Source: an uncultured delta proteobacterium
Lineage (GTDB): Bacteria; Desulfobacterota; BSN033; UBA1163
DNA: 64,000 nt
Direction of reading: 5' to 3'
Assembly: GCA_963731045.1 (NCBI GenBank)
Contig: CAVSVC010000052.1
Location: 102,947-166,946, forward strand
Position 1 is the stretch's first letter. Every line of letters begins with the position of its first letter. Made by a program: the position numbers and the translations under genes. Positions 1-10,791 of the stretch are shown here, piece after piece. The notes beneath the pieces are model-generated. The model worked only from the letters and a program-made list of their open reading frames with translations, did not search any database and was not told the DNA's origin.

Positions 1-804
1 GAAGATCGTACAATTCCCGGGCGGCACGTTGAAGGTCGTGTTCTCTCCAAAGTAGAGCCGGGGCAGTCGAATCCCGCCTTTGAGATCGTCCGTCTCAAGG
101 CGGGTTACGGTCAGATCACGGTTCTGTGGGACGTCAGCTTATCGGTTCCTGCGGGGAACTTGTTCTCCCTGCTTGGACCCAACGGAGCGGGCAAGACAAC
201 GCTTATGAGGGCGGCGATGGGACTCATCCCCATCCGTTCCGGACGAGTCTTTGTGGAGGGCACGGACATCTCCCCGATGCAGGCCCACCAAAGGGTGAAG
301 ACAGGAATCGGCCTGGTTCCGGAAGGCCGAGGCATGCTGGCAGCCCTCACCGTAGAAGAAAACCTTCTTCTGGGGACCTACAGCCGCACTGGAGCAGATC
401 GTAAGAAGGCCATGAAGGAAGACCTGGGCAGAGTGTTTGCCCTCTTCCCAAGGCTTAAGGAACGGCTCCAACAGGCTTCCGGCACGCTCAGTGGCGGCGA
501 GATGCAAATGTTGTCCATTGCCCGGGCTCTGATGGCCAGGCCGAAGATTTTATTGCTGGATGAACCCACACTGGGGTTGGCCCCAGTACTGGCTCATCAG
601 GTGATCGACTCTCTGGCCGTTCTTCGAGATTCGGGGCTAACCTTGATCGTGGTGGAGCAGAAGTCTCCCGGGCTTCTGAGACTTTCTGACCAGGTCCTCC
701 TCTTGCGGCAAGGCCGTTTGGAGGGGGCCGTCGGCAAGGACTCAGAGGCTTCCGATCTCATGGAGGCCTACTTCGGGTCCCGCAGACAACGTTCCACGGG
801 ATGA
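1..804 (+). CDS. livF: branched-chain amino acid-type ABC transporter ATP-binding protein (LivF-like); 5' end outside window
   Basis: Frame-1 translation is open from nt 1 (..LLGPNGAGKTT..). Walker A, LSGGEMQM signature and LLLDEPTLGLAP Walker B are all present. No in-frame start occurs before nt 160, so the CDS begins upstream of the window. Confidence 0.8.
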   Translation, partial: EDRTIPGRHVEGRVLSKVEPGQSNPAFEIVRLKAGYGQITVLWDVSLSVPAGNLFSLLGPNGAGKTTLMRAAMGLIPIRSGRVFVEGTDISPMQAHQRVKTGIGLVPEGRGMLAALTVEENLLLGTYSRTGADRKKAMKEDLGRVFALFPRLKERLQQASGTLSGGEMQMLSIARALMARPKILLLDEPTLGLAPVLAHQVIDSLAVLRDSGLTLIVVEQKSPGLLRLSDQVLLLRQGRLEGAVGKDSEASDLMEAYFGSRRQRSTG

Positions 805-908
805 GGCAAGTGATGTCCTGAGAAGAGCCTTATGAGAAGGAAACGAGGCGGAACGGGTCGGTCATTCGACGTTTGAGCTCTTTGAGCAGAAAGGGAAGGT
901 CTTTGAAC

Positions 909-1880
909 ATGGCGCAAGAACCGAAGGATTATCTCTGGGACTATAGAGACCCCTATGCCTGGATGAGGAAGGTGAGATCGGGACTGCCGCCTCTCATGAT
1001 CACTTGTGCCATTACGGGAGGAGGACCGGGAAAAGAAAGCCATGGGAACCTTCCCGAGACGGCTGAAGAGCAGGCGCTGCAGACCTATGAGGCCTATCGG
1101 GCCGGAGCTTGCATCGTCCATGTCCACGGCAGAGATCCTTCCTGCAATTGGAAGGTGTCCTCGAAACCAGAGGACTATTACAGGGTGAATACCCTCATCC
1201 GAGAGAAATGTCCGGATATCATCATCAACAACACGACGGGGGGAGGACCCGGGTTTACTGCCAAGGAACGAATGGCCAGTATTTATGCGAATCCCGAGAT
1301 GTGTTCTCTGAATCTGGGTCCCCTTATCATCAAGACAATGCTTGGCGAAAGGAAAGAGCCCCTTCCCCATCCCCGGCCGGCGCTGCCTGTGGATGTCTGC
1401 GCATCTTACACGTATGGGGATATTGCCATGCTGGCTCAAACCATGAAGGAGCACAACATTAAACCCGAGTTGGAGATCACTCACCCCGGTCAGTACTGGG
1501 TGGTCCAGGATCTCATCTCCCAGGCCCTCCTGGCTCCACCTTTCGATTTCCAGTTCGTGATGGGCCAGCAGACCGGCTCTTATGCCACTCCGGCAAACCT
1601 GCTGTCCCTGATCAATGAACTCCCCCAGGAATCCCTTTTCACGGTGATCGGGGTGGGGCAGTTTCAAATCCCCATGAATGTCATGGCCATCTTGCTGGGC
1701 GGACATGTCAGGGTGGGTCTGGAGGACAACATCTACTATTCCAGGGGGCGAAAATTTAAGGACAATGCCGAGGCGGTCGATCGGATCGTGCGTCTTGCCA
1801 AAGAGATGAACCGGGAGATTGCCACACCCCAGCAGGCCAGACAGATGCTCGGGATTTCTCCGCAGCCCAGTCGTTATTGA
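909..1880 (+). CDS. 3-keto-5-aminohexanoate cleavage enzyme family protein (BKACE/DUF849)
   Basis: LMITCAITGGG motif and overall length are typical of the beta-keto acid cleavage enzyme family. The ATG at 909 is preceded by GGAAGG; the TTG at 873 has no SD. Confidence 0.75.
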   Translation: MAQEPKDYLWDYRDPYAWMRKVRSGLPPLMITCAITGGGPGKESHGNLPETAEEQALQTYEAYRAGACIVHVHGRDPSCNWKVSSKPEDYYRVNTLIREKCPDIIINNTTGGGPGFTAKERMASIYANPEMCSLNLGPLIIKTMLGERKEPLPHPRPALPVDVCASYTYGDIAMLAQTMKEHNIKPELEITHPGQYWVVQDLISQALLAPPFDFQFVMGQQTGSYATPANLLSLINELPQESLFTVIGVGQFQIPMNVMAILLGGHVRVGLEDNIYYSRGRKFKDNAEAVDRIVRLAKEMNREIATPQQARQMLGISPQPSRY

Positions 1881-1976
1881 ACATCCGGCGTATCTGATTT
1901 CCAGGCATGAAGGCAATCCGGCGAAGGGATTGCCGGTTGTGCTTGCGTGTGACTCTTTGGATAAAGGCAATCCTCT

Positions 1977-4081
1977 ATGCGTCCATTCTTCTACCCTAAG
2001 AGTATTGTGGTGATTGGGGCGTCCACCAAGCCAAATAATCTTGCCCGACGTGTGCTCGGCAATCTGCGGGCCTTTGGTTTTCCCGGCAAGGTTTTCGCCG
2101 TCGGGCAGGGGGGAGGCCACCTGGAAGGTGTTCCGGTTCTGCCGTCGGTGGGTGAATTACCTGAGACGGTGGATCTTGCCGCCGTGCTGACCCCTGCGCG
2201 GTTCGTAGCAGACCTGATTCGGGAATGCGGAGAGAAGGGAATCCGGCACGCGGTCGTCTTGACGGGGGGATTCGCAGAAACGAGTGAGGCCGGCTCCATG
2301 CTGCAGCAGGAAATTTCGGCCATCGCACGACACTACAGGATCCGTTTCATCGGCCCCAATTGCTTTGGGATCATCTGTCCCGAAAGCGGTGTCGCGCTTC
2401 CCTTTGCCCCCATCTCCCCGGATGTCATTGGACGCGGTTCTCTTTCTATCCTCTCCCAGTCGGGATCCGTGGGAATGCTCACGGCGTACAATGCCACCGT
2501 CGAAGGGATCGGAATCGCAAAATACGTCAGCTTGGGCAACAAGCTCGACGTGGATGAGGTGGATCTGCTGCCCTATTTTATGGAGGAAGACCCAGAAACC
2601 GAAACGATCTGCTTCTACCTTGAGGGATTCGTCCGAGGTCGGGAGTTTGCCGAGACGGCAAGACGAAGCGCGAAACCGCTGGTGGTATTGAAAGCCAACA
2701 TCTCAGAGGAAAACGAACATGCCGCCCGCTCGCACACCGCATCCCTTGCGAGTGACGATCGCGTCGTAGAAGGAGTCTTTCGTCAGGCCGGCATCACCCG
2801 GGTATCCACCCTCAACGGATTGATTACCGCTGCCAAGGCGTTGAGCCTTCCGCCGTTGCGGGGCAACAACGTGGCGGTTGTTTCCTGCACGGGCGGGCAA
2901 TCCGTGATTGCGGCTGACCATTGCCATCGGTATGGCTTCCATCTGCCCCCCCTTTCCGATTCGGTGTTCGACGCACTGGAAGAGTTCCGAAAAGCGGAGG
3001 TGATCCGTTGGGGGAATCCACTCGATATGGGGGGTATTTTTGACAACAACGGGGTTCTTCTGGCTCTTGAGCGCGCGTTGGCAGAGCCTCAGATAGAGGG
3101 TGTTGCCGCAGTTCTCTTCCATTTTGGGAATTGGGCGTTTCCCGGCCCGGATACGCTGGGAATGATCAGTCGTATTTCTGTGCTCAGCCGCGATCTCCGG
3201 AAGCCGGTTGCGCTGACGTTGCACACGCAGCCTCACCTGCTCCGGCAGATCAAGCCTCAGACGACATTTCCGATATTTAACAACATCGATGAATGTATGG
3301 CGGCGTTGGCAATCCTCCGCCGACGGGCAGACTGTCTGGCAAAACCCAAAACGGCGCCGATGCCTCTTCAGGTCGACCGAATATCCGCAGCGCAATGGAT
3401 TGCCAAAGCCCGGGGGGAAGGGCTGCAGGACATGGGACCTGCTGCGATGGATTTGCTTGCAGCTTACGGATTGCCTGTTGCTCCGCTGCACTTTGCACGC
3501 AGCCCTGAAGAGGCCACCCGCCTTGCTGGCCGGGTCGGATATCCTGTGGTTCTAAAGGCCGTTGCTCAGGGACTCAGTCACAAGTCAGATATGGGGGGGG
3601 TCATTCTTAATCTGGCGGATCCGGCCGACGTTCGAAGAGCGTTTGAAGAGATCAAGAGCAACTTGCACGGCCGCACCCCCGATATTCGGTTCGCGGGTGT
3701 CGTCGTTCAACGCTTTGTGACGGATGGCCACGAGTTGATCATCGGGGCCAAACGCGATCCGAGCTTCGGACCGCTCGTCATGTGTGGCCTTGGCGGGATC
3801 TTCACAGAGCTGTTTGGGGACGTCACTTTCCGTCTTGCCCCGATCAGTCTTCAGGACATTGAGGAAATGATTTGGGAAGTAAAGGGCTCGGGCGTCTTAA
3901 GGGGACTTCGGGGTCAGCCTGCCTGCAGACGTCAAGAGCCTTGACTGATGCCCTGCAAAGACTCGGGCAGCTGATTTCTGATCATGAAGAGATCAGTGAG
4001 ATTGATGTGAACCCAATCAAGGTGTTTGCCGAAGGTCACGGGGCCATTGCCGTCGACGCCCGCATCGTACTGAGCAGGTAA
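1977..4081 (+). CDS. ADP-forming acetyl/acyl-CoA synthetase (fused CoA-binding alpha + ATP-grasp beta), reading frame broken near 3915-3945
   Basis: The 655-aa ORF has CoA-binding (VIGAS), succinyl-CoA-synthetase-like and ATP-grasp domains. Its conserved C-terminus (..ALTDALQRLGQLISDHEEISEIDVNPIKV..) continues in ORF 3872..4081 in a different frame. A PADVKSL stretch is visible in the third frame between them. Two 1-nt indels therefore lie within about 30 nt. Confidence 0.8.
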
Positions 4082-4132
4082 TCGGTTAACGAAACCAAGA
4101 AAAGGAAGAAGGAAAAAAGGAGGGGGAGAAAG

Positions 4133-4795
4133 GTGTTGAAAGAAGAGATCATTGAGCAGTTCAGGCACTTGCCAAGCGCCTACGTTACCGATGCCATGGG
4201 GCGCCTGGGGGTCGCTGGATGGCCTGAAGGGGTATTTCCTCTGTCTTCGAAGGCATGTCGCTTTGCCGGCCGTTCTGTCACTGTGAAATATGGGCCGAAG
4301 CGGGGGGGAACAGGAAAGCGGCCGTCCATTATGGAAGCGATCAGGAACTGCAAGCCAGGAGATATTCTCGTGATTGCTGCGGGGAGTACTCCCTGCTGGA
4401 TTCTCGGCGGTAATCTTGCCTTGGCTGCCTTGATCGAAGGCGTGGCTGCCATCGTAGTGGACGGTTGTGTCCGGGACGTTGACGAGATTGCGGAGATGAA
4501 GATGCCCGTTTTCTGTCGCGGGGGAGGAACTCGGCCATTTTCAACCCACCTGGAACTGTCCGATTACAATGTGCCCGTCGAGTTTGCCGGAGCACAGATC
4601 CGCCCGGATGACATCGTGGTCGGTGACTCAGACGGATTGGTCATTGTGCCGGGGGATCGGGCAGAGGACATTCTCTTTCAGGCCGGGGACATCGGGGATT
4701 ACGAAAGGGAAACGCAAGCCGCTATCGAGCGGAGAGCTTCCCTGAGCGATCTGGGGGCCATCATTTCCCGAAAACACCTGCCACGAAAGCAGTAG
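4133..4795 (+). CDS. RraA family protein (RraA / 4-hydroxy-4-methyl-2-oxoglutarate aldolase-like)
   Basis: The 220-aa product has the RraA/MenG-like fold signature (GDILVIAAG..AALIEGVAAIVVDGCVRDVDEI). The GTG start is preceded by AAGGAGGGGGAG. Confidence 0.8.
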   Translation: MLKEEIIEQFRHLPSAYVTDAMGRLGVAGWPEGVFPLSSKACRFAGRSVTVKYGPKRGGTGKRPSIMEAIRNCKPGDILVIAAGSTPCWILGGNLALAALIEGVAAIVVDGCVRDVDEIAEMKMPVFCRGGGTRPFSTHLELSDYNVPVEFAGAQIRPDDIVVGDSDGLVIVPGDRAEDILFQAGDIGDYERETQAAIERRASLSDLGAIISRKHLPRKQ

Positions 4796-4875
4796 AAAGC
4801 TTACATTACCAAATCTGAAAACGTTGTTCCGTTCTTCTTACTTATGTTTCATGCAAGACTTGTTTCCCTTCGCAT

Positions 4876-6250
4876 TCATTCCAGAGCAGAGATTTGAAAG
4901 GGGAAGCGAGAACCCAAGAAAGCGAGACAAAAGCGGCCGTTGTCCGGCCGAAGAGGTAGCTTTCCAGGGCGATGCTGAACCAGGGCGTTCCACTTGCACG
5001 GATTATTGTCCTGGAAGCACAGAATGCTTTTTGTTTGACGGCATCTCTCCGGTCGACAGAAAATTGTTTTCCCGTGCCCTCTGCGCCTGCGATGAGATAC
5101 TCTTTCAAAGGGCTGAAGTGTTACAAACCAAGGTGTTCTGGCCGGCGTCGTCTGGAAGACTTTCTTAATTTCCTCTTTTGTGGCGCCATAGGCCAATAGG
5201 AGCTTAATCGTCCACTCCGTTCCCACCAGGTGGGTCGGATTATGAACCTGGCCGTAATCCGATCCATAGACAAGGTGGTCCGCCCCCACCTCCTTGATGA
5301 TCCTCACCGCATAAACAGGGCCGGTCTCGTGAAGCGGAAACGTGGTCGTTCCGAGGCCTGAGAGCATGAGCTTGATCCCTTCAGAGGCAGCTTCCTTCAT
5401 CTCCGAGATGAGGGTCTTGCTGTGAATATGGGCCGGATGGATAATCTCCATTCGCTTCACGCCGACCCGTTTTGCCTCTTCCATCACAACCTTTGTGTCC
5501 GAGTAGGGATAATGGCCGGAGGCTAAGATCAGGTCCTGGTCCGCGCAGATCCTTAAAACCTCGGCCAATTGAGGAAATACTTTTCCCTTCTCGTCGAGAA
5601 GTTTGATCCCTGCCCCGGACCAATCGTCATAGACGACTCTCCGGTGATGGTAAGAATCCACCATCGGCAGCCAGACGTATTTGAATCCGGGAAATCCGAG
5701 GCACCTCTTCACGGCGTCCGGGTTGATTCCCCCGACGGAGTAGTTGAGCGTAATCCCTCCCAGGATCTCCACCGGTTCGAATCCCGTTCTCCTCGGCCCA
5801 CTTGTCGAGATACTTCTTGACAATCGGGATTCTGGAGGCCGACGGGGTAAACCAGGTCTTGAACACCACGGCTCTCATCCTGGCGCGGCTGTAATCAAAG
5901 GCGATCTCGTCTTCGAGGAGGAGTCGGTCAAAGGGGTCGGAGCCTCCATGGGCATGGCAGTCGATGGCTCCTTCAAGAAGCTCTTTCACATCCTGCTCTG
6001 TAAACTTGACGCCTGCCATGAAACGGGCATACTGGATGTTGACAAACTGGAGCTGCTGGCTGATCAGGAAGTTCTTCACTTCCTCGCTCAAATCGGGGAT
6101 ATCGAAACGAACCAGTTTCTTCACCCTTTCGATCCGTTCCGGATCGACCTTGATGGCCAATGCCTTTTCGAAGGACATGTCGTCTTTGAACATGGAAGTC
6201 TCCTCATAAAAAAGTGTCGGTGTCTGTGTCATGTGGACAATGTCAGTCAC
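4876..6250 (-). CDS. amidohydrolase family (PF04909-like, metal-dependent TIM barrel) protein, frameshifted
   Basis: The N-part ORF 5627..6250 carries IDCHAHGG (HxH metal site). The C-part ORF 4876..5823 carries YGSDYGQVHNP (metal-binding Asp). The two join as ..KWAEENG|FEPVEILGG.. if one G of a GGG run near 5700 is removed. The long Arg-rich C-terminal tail below about 5000 is doubtful. Confidence 0.65.
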
Positions 6251-6282
6251 TGTGCGACCAACCGGGCCTTCCCGCCATGGGG

Positions 6283-7050
6283 TTACAAATCAAAAAGTCG
6301 GCCGAACTGGGGCGATCCCCTCACGCGGCATCGTCTGAGACAGGCCCAGAGGCCCGCCTGGGTGCTCGTTACAACCGGAATCCCTAAGTCCTTCTCAAGG
6401 GGCCCGATGATCTCCATCGTCCGAAGGGCTGAACAACTCAGGAAAAGTCCATCCGTTTCCCCGGTCGCCATCGCTTTCGCAAGGCGGTAAGTCGTTGAAT
6501 AGGGAATCAGACTCTTTTCAAACGAACTGATCATCCCAAGGTGTTTCATGCTCACCACGGTCAGGCCGGGAATCGACCTCTCCAGGAAATCCCTTTCCCT
6601 CATACCCGTCCCTTCCGGATAGGGTGAAATCAGGGTGACCTTCTTCAACTTAAGCGACTGAATGGCTTCGAGGACAGCAGAGGTCATTGTCACACTTTCT
6701 ATCCCCGTCGCCCTTGTCAGCAAGTCGGAAATCTCCGAGCGGCGATCCTCATTCCCCAGGAAACTGCCGACGGTGCAAGCAAAGAGGATAATATCCGGCC
6801 GGCTCATGGCAACCTGTTTTCCAGCCTGAAGGATACCCTCCTCCAGCCCAAGAAAGACGCCTTCCTTTTCCCGCTCGTCCCGGGCCGAATCAGGGATGAG
6901 ACAGCGGCTCACATGGAACGAAACGCCATCCGGAACCATCTGCCTGAATTCATACTCCACAGTCAAGTTTGTCGACAGGACGATGACTCCCAGACGGGCC
7001 CGCCACCCAATTCCCCCTTTTTCTTCCGGTTCTCCAGATGGATCTTTCAT
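6283..7050 (-). CDS. Asp/Glu/hydantoin racemase superfamily protein (maleate isomerase / arylmalonate decarboxylase-like)
   Basis: ARLGVIVLSTNLTVEYEF N-terminal motif and C-terminal ..GLFLSCSALRT.. motif fit this superfamily. The ATG at 7050 has GGAAGGAGAGG upstream. Confidence 0.7.
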   Translation of the reverse strand: MKDPSGEPEEKGGIGWRARLGVIVLSTNLTVEYEFRQMVPDGVSFHVSRCLIPDSARDEREKEGVFLGLEEGILQAGKQVAMSRPDIILFACTVGSFLGNEDRRSEISDLLTRATGIESVTMTSAVLEAIQSLKLKKVTLISPYPEGTGMRERDFLERSIPGLTVVSMKHLGMISSFEKSLIPYSTTYRLAKAMATGETDGLFLSCSALRTMEIIGPLEKDLGIPVVTSTQAGLWACLRRCRVRGSPQFGRLFDL

Positions 7051-7193
7051 GGCCTCTCCTTCCATCCCTCAAATCGTGCCGGTCAAGGCAGGCCCAACAT
7101 CAGGCCGGTAGCCCACGCGCTCTCTGTATTGCTCTCTTTAAAACATAACCCCGTCCCGCGTGTCAACTCCCTCTCTCTGCTTAACAGGATGGA

Positions 7194-7228
7194 GAAAGAA
7201 TCCCGGACACCTTGACAATGAGGAGAGT
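7194..7228 (+). promoter_or_regulatory. sigma70-like promoter candidate for tctBAC (TTGACA-N18-TAATAT)
   Basis: ccTTGACAatgaggagagttcactttTAATATagg lies about 60 nt upstream of the tctB start. Confidence 0.4.
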
Positions 7229-7306
7229 TCACTTTTAATATAGGAATCATTCTTTTGTAAAGAAATCCATCACGTATGGCATGTGCGACAGGAGGAAATC
7301 GCCACT

Positions 7307-7792
7307 TTGAGATCCTATAATCTGATCAGCAGTTCATTCTGGTTCCTGATCGGTCTTGGATTTGTGGCAGGAGGCCTCCGTTACGGGTTTGGAGCCTGGC
7401 GCGAGCCGGGCCCGGGCTTATTGCCGGTCGTCTTTGGGACTCTTCTCGGTGTTTTGTCTTTAGTTCTTCTTATCGTCTCTCTTATCGCGGGAGGAAAACC
7501 TCAAAAGAAGACTTTCTGGGAGATGAAAGGGAGCTGGAAAACCGTCCTTGCCGTCTCGCTCTCTCTGGTCGCCTACATGGTCCTCTTTAAACAGTTGGGA
7601 TTTATCCTCATCACGTTCCTGTTCCTCTTTTTCTTGCTCAGATTCATTGGAAAGAAAGGATGGCTTATCTCCATCTCACTGGCCCTCGTCCTATCATTAT
7701 TCTGCCACGGCCTCTTTTCGCTGTTGCTCGGAACACCTCTGCCAAAAGGTCGGATTTATGGATCCACTTTCAGGACTTCTGCAAGGGTTTAG
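7307..7792 (+). CDS. tctB: tripartite tricarboxylate transporter TctB family small membrane subunit
   Basis: The product is a small protein with 4 TM helices directly upstream of tctA. The TTG at 7307 is 10 nt downstream of AGGAGG; the GTG at 7283 has no SD. Confidence 0.7.
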   Translation: MRSYNLISSSFWFLIGLGFVAGGLRYGFGAWREPGPGLLPVVFGTLLGVLSLVLLIVSLIAGGKPQKKTFWEMKGSWKTVLAVSLSLVAYMVLFKQLGFILITFLFLFFLLRFIGKKGWLISISLALVLSLFCHGLFSLLLGTPLPKGRIYGSTFRTSARV

Positions 7793-9245
7793 CACGGCTT
7801 TTACCGTCAGGAATCTTTTCAATTGTTTCCTTGGCTGCTTTCTTGGAACATTGACCGGCGTCCTCCCGGGGTTTGGTCCGGGGGCTGCCGTCGCCCTTCT
7901 TCTTCCCATGACCCTTTACCTTTCGCCTGCAGCCGCCGTGATCATGCTTGCAGGGATCTATTATGGGGCCATGTACGGGGGATCCACCACGTCTATCCTG
8001 GTCAATATCCCCGGAGAAGCGGCATCCGTCGTCACCTGTTTTGACGGCTACAAGATGGCCCTCCAGGGCCGGGCCGGGCCGGCTCTTGGAATCGCCGCCT
8101 TCGGGTCTTTTATCGCAGGCACCTTGAGCATTATCGGACTGATGTTTGTAGCCCCTCCCCTTGCGAATTTCGCCCTGGAGTTCACTTCGACCGAGTACGT
8201 ATCGATCATCTTTTTCGGGCTGACGCTGCTCTGCTTCTTGGGCACCGGGTCGAAGGTCAAGGCCTTTATGATGGCCGCGGTGGGCATTCTGGTCGGCGTC
8301 ATCGGAACGGATCCGGTCGTCAGCAAGGACCGATTCACCTTTGGCTTCGACTTTTTGATGGATGGGGTCGGGCTCATTCCGGTGGTCATGGGCCTCTTCG
8401 GGATTTCTGAAGTTCTACTCAATCTGGAAAAACAGGAGTTCAGTCTCTTCGTTGGAAAGATCAAGAACCTCCTGCCGACCCTCGATGACTGGAAGTCCTC
8501 CCTATGGCCGATCATGCGCGGCACGGTCTTTGGATTCTTCTACGGGATCCTGCCGGGCGGGAATGCCATCATTTCGTCCATCATGTCTTATGGGTTCGAG
8601 AAGAGGATCTCGAAGCATCCGGAGAGGTTTGGCCACGGTGCAATCGAGGGCGTGGCAGGTCCTGAGGCGGCAAATAATGCAACGGCAACCTCTGCCTTCA
8701 TTCCCCTTCTGACCCTCGGCATCCCCACCAACGGCGTGATGGCCATCGTTTTGGCCGCCCTGATGATTCACGAGGTGGTCCCGGGTCCTCTCTTGATTAC
8801 GAAGAACCCGGATATCTTCTGGGGAGTGATCGGCAGCATGTACGTGGGAAACGTCATTCTTCTCGCCCTTAACCTTCCCCTGATCGGAATGTGGGTTCGG
8901 TTGCTTAAGATTCCCTATGTCTATCTTTTTTCTGCCATCCTGCTCTTCTGTCTGATCGGGGCCTACACGATCGGGAATCTCGTCTCCGATATTGGGGTCA
9001 TGATCTTCTTCGGAATCCTTGGATTTCTGATGAAGAAGTTCGACTATGAACCCGCACCGCTGGTCCTCGCCTATATCCTGGGGCCTCTGTTCGAGGACAA
9101 CCTCCGGAGATCCCTCAATATCTCCGGCGGAAGTTTTTCGGTCTTCTTCACGAGACCCATCTCTTTCACCTTCATGATGCTCGGCATCCTCGTATTGGTC
9201 TTGCCTTTTACCTTAAAGATCGTTAAGAATTCGCTGAGAAGATAA
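7758..9245 (+). CDS. tctA: tripartite tricarboxylate transporter permease TctA
   Basis: The product is a 496-aa polytopic membrane protein (MDPLSGLLQGFS.. N-terminus, TctA family). The ORF-table entry 7548.. is a 5' read-through overlapping tctB; the ATG at 7758 is the conserved start. Confidence 0.85.
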   Translation: MDPLSGLLQGFSTAFTVRNLFNCFLGCFLGTLTGVLPGFGPGAAVALLLPMTLYLSPAAAVIMLAGIYYGAMYGGSTTSILVNIPGEAASVVTCFDGYKMALQGRAGPALGIAAFGSFIAGTLSIIGLMFVAPPLANFALEFTSTEYVSIIFFGLTLLCFLGTGSKVKAFMMAAVGILVGVIGTDPVVSKDRFTFGFDFLMDGVGLIPVVMGLFGISEVLLNLEKQEFSLFVGKIKNLLPTLDDWKSSLWPIMRGTVFGFFYGILPGGNAIISSIMSYGFEKRISKHPERFGHGAIEGVAGPEAANNATATSAFIPLLTLGIPTNGVMAIVLAALMIHEVVPGPLLITKNPDIFWGVIGSMYVGNVILLALNLPLIGMWVRLLKIPYVYLFSAILLFCLIGAYTIGNLVSDIGVMIFFGILGFLMKKFDYEPAPLVLAYILGPLFEDNLRRSLNISGGSFSVFFTRPISFTFMMLGILVLVLPFTLKIVKNSLRR

Positions 9246-9262
9246 GAAAAAGGAGAGAACGG

Positions 9263-10242
9263 ATGAAAAGGAACCTGGCCTATTTGGTGCTCTTGCTCGC
9301 AGTGACAAGCCTTTTAATCGGTCTGACCCGCCCTCGGGCCTCGCTGCCGAAGACTATCCGAGCAAACCCTTGTCCTACACCGTCTTTTTCCCTCCGGGAG
9401 GACGGTCGGACATTGTCGGACGGATGCTCAGTCCTTATATTGAAAAATACCTGGGCACCCCTGCCATGGTGGTGAATAATGTCGGCGGGGTCGGCGTCAT
9501 CGGTCACAAGGCCGTTCGAGAAGCCAAGCCTGACGGATATACCGTGGCCCAGAGTGGAACGACGGTCATGTTCCAGTACACGAAACCCGGGATCAGTCTC
9601 TGGGACTATACCTGGATCGGAAACGTCTATTCTGCACCGTTCATGGTTGCCGTTCCAACAAACTCCCCGTACAAAACCTTTAAGGAATTGATCGATTACG
9701 GAAAGGCGAACCCCAAGAAACTGAAACACGGCAATACGGGAACGGGGAGCACCACTCACTTCGGAAGCGCGGCCTTTGCGTCGATGTTCGGCTGCGAATT
9801 TACGCAAATCGCTTACAAAGGGGAAGCAGGGTCTGTCGTCGGACTTGCCGCGGGCGAGGTGGATCTCGCCTTCTCACCCATGGTTGCCTTCAACCAGATG
9901 TTTGAGGCTGGAAAGCTGCGAATCCTTGCGATTTGTTCTCCTCAACGATCGAAACAGCATCCCCAGATTCCCACGACCAAAGAGTTGGGATACGATTTCT
10001 CGTGGGACGCGTGGGAGGCTATCTTTGGCCCAAAAGGACTCCAGGAGAACAAACCTGTCTATCAAAAGCTCTCCGAGGCCATTCGCAAGGCGATTCTGGA
10101 CCCGGATCTGGGCCACAAACTCCTCAATATCGGACTGAGTGTCAACTATAAGCCAACCGACGAACTGGAAAGATGGCTGAGAGAGGATGACAAGCGGGTC
10201 AAAAAGATCATCTATGAACTGGGTCTTGAATACAAGCCCTGA
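9263..10242 (+). CDS. tctC: tripartite tricarboxylate transporter substrate-binding protein TctC (Bug family), frameshift in signal-peptide region (~9320-9330)
   Basis: The signal peptide MKRNLAYLVLLLAVTSLLIGLT (ORF 9263..) is in frame 2. The mature domain (..GLAAEDYPSKPLSYTVFFPPGG.., ORF 9370..10242) is in frame 1. The switch lies in a CCC run (cgccctcgggcc). Confidence 0.8.
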
Positions 10243-10296
10243 TGCCGGGTGCCGCGCCACCGAAGAGCAGGCGGAACTTGACGTGTTTCTTGGCCT

Positions 10297-10785
10297 TCAT
10301 CTCGTTCCGTCCTTTTTGCCTCTTCGTTTTCTGGACACATCCAGAACAGCAGCCACAATGCTATTATAACCGGTGCAGCGGCACAAATTTCCCGCCAGGG
10401 CCCTTCTCACGTCCACCTCGGTGGGGTTGGGGTTTTCTTCCAGAAGACCCTGGGAAGTAAGAATCATCCCGGGGGAACAGTAGCCGCACTGAACCGCGCC
10501 ATGGTCGATGAAGGCCTGCTGCAGCTCGGACAACCTGCCTTCCTTGCACAGCCCTTCAATCGTGATGACCTGGCGTCCATCGGCCTCCACGGCCAGGGTC
10601 AGACAGGCGTTGACAGGACTTCCGTCCAGCAGCACGGTACAGGCCCCGCAGTCACCCACCCCGCATCCCTCCTTGACTCCTTTTAAACCCAGGCCCTCAC
10701 GAAGATACTCCAGCAGGGTCATGTTACAGGGGAGGACCTCCTGGCGTTTCACATCGTTTACGGTAATGACAACCGTCTTGGTCAT
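10297..10785 (-). CDS. xanthine dehydrogenase family (2Fe-2S)-binding small subunit (CoxS-like)
   Basis: Two [2Fe-2S] motifs are present (CGVGDCGACTV; CGYCSPGM ... CRCTGY). Length is 162 aa. Confidence 0.9.
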   Translation of the reverse strand: MTKTVVITVNDVKRQEVLPCNMTLLEYLREGLGLKGVKEGCGVGDCGACTVLLDGSPVNACLTLAVEADGRQVITIEGLCKEGRLSELQQAFIDHGAVQCGYCSPGMILTSQGLLEENPNPTEVDVRRALAGNLCRCTGYNSIVAAVLDVSRKRRGKKDGTR

Positions 10786-10791
10786 GTGCTC

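Noticed and set aside
3872-4081. 69-aa ORF as an independent gene
   Set aside because: It is the conserved C-terminus of the ADP-forming acyl-CoA synthetase displaced by a frameshift, not a separate gene.
5771-5790. GGTTCGAATCC T-loop-like motif (possible tRNA)
   Set aside because: Flanking sequence cannot form a T-stem or acceptor stem and the site is inside a coding region. Chance match.
5744-6490. 248-aa plus-strand ORF
   Set aside because: Antisense to the amidohydrolase N-terminal part. The amidohydrolase frame carries the HxH metal motif.
7548-7757. 5' extension of the TctA ORF (MPSRSLWSPTW...)
   Set aside because: Overlaps tctB in another frame and is Ser/Cys-rich nonsense. The conserved TctA N-terminus begins at the ATG at 7758.
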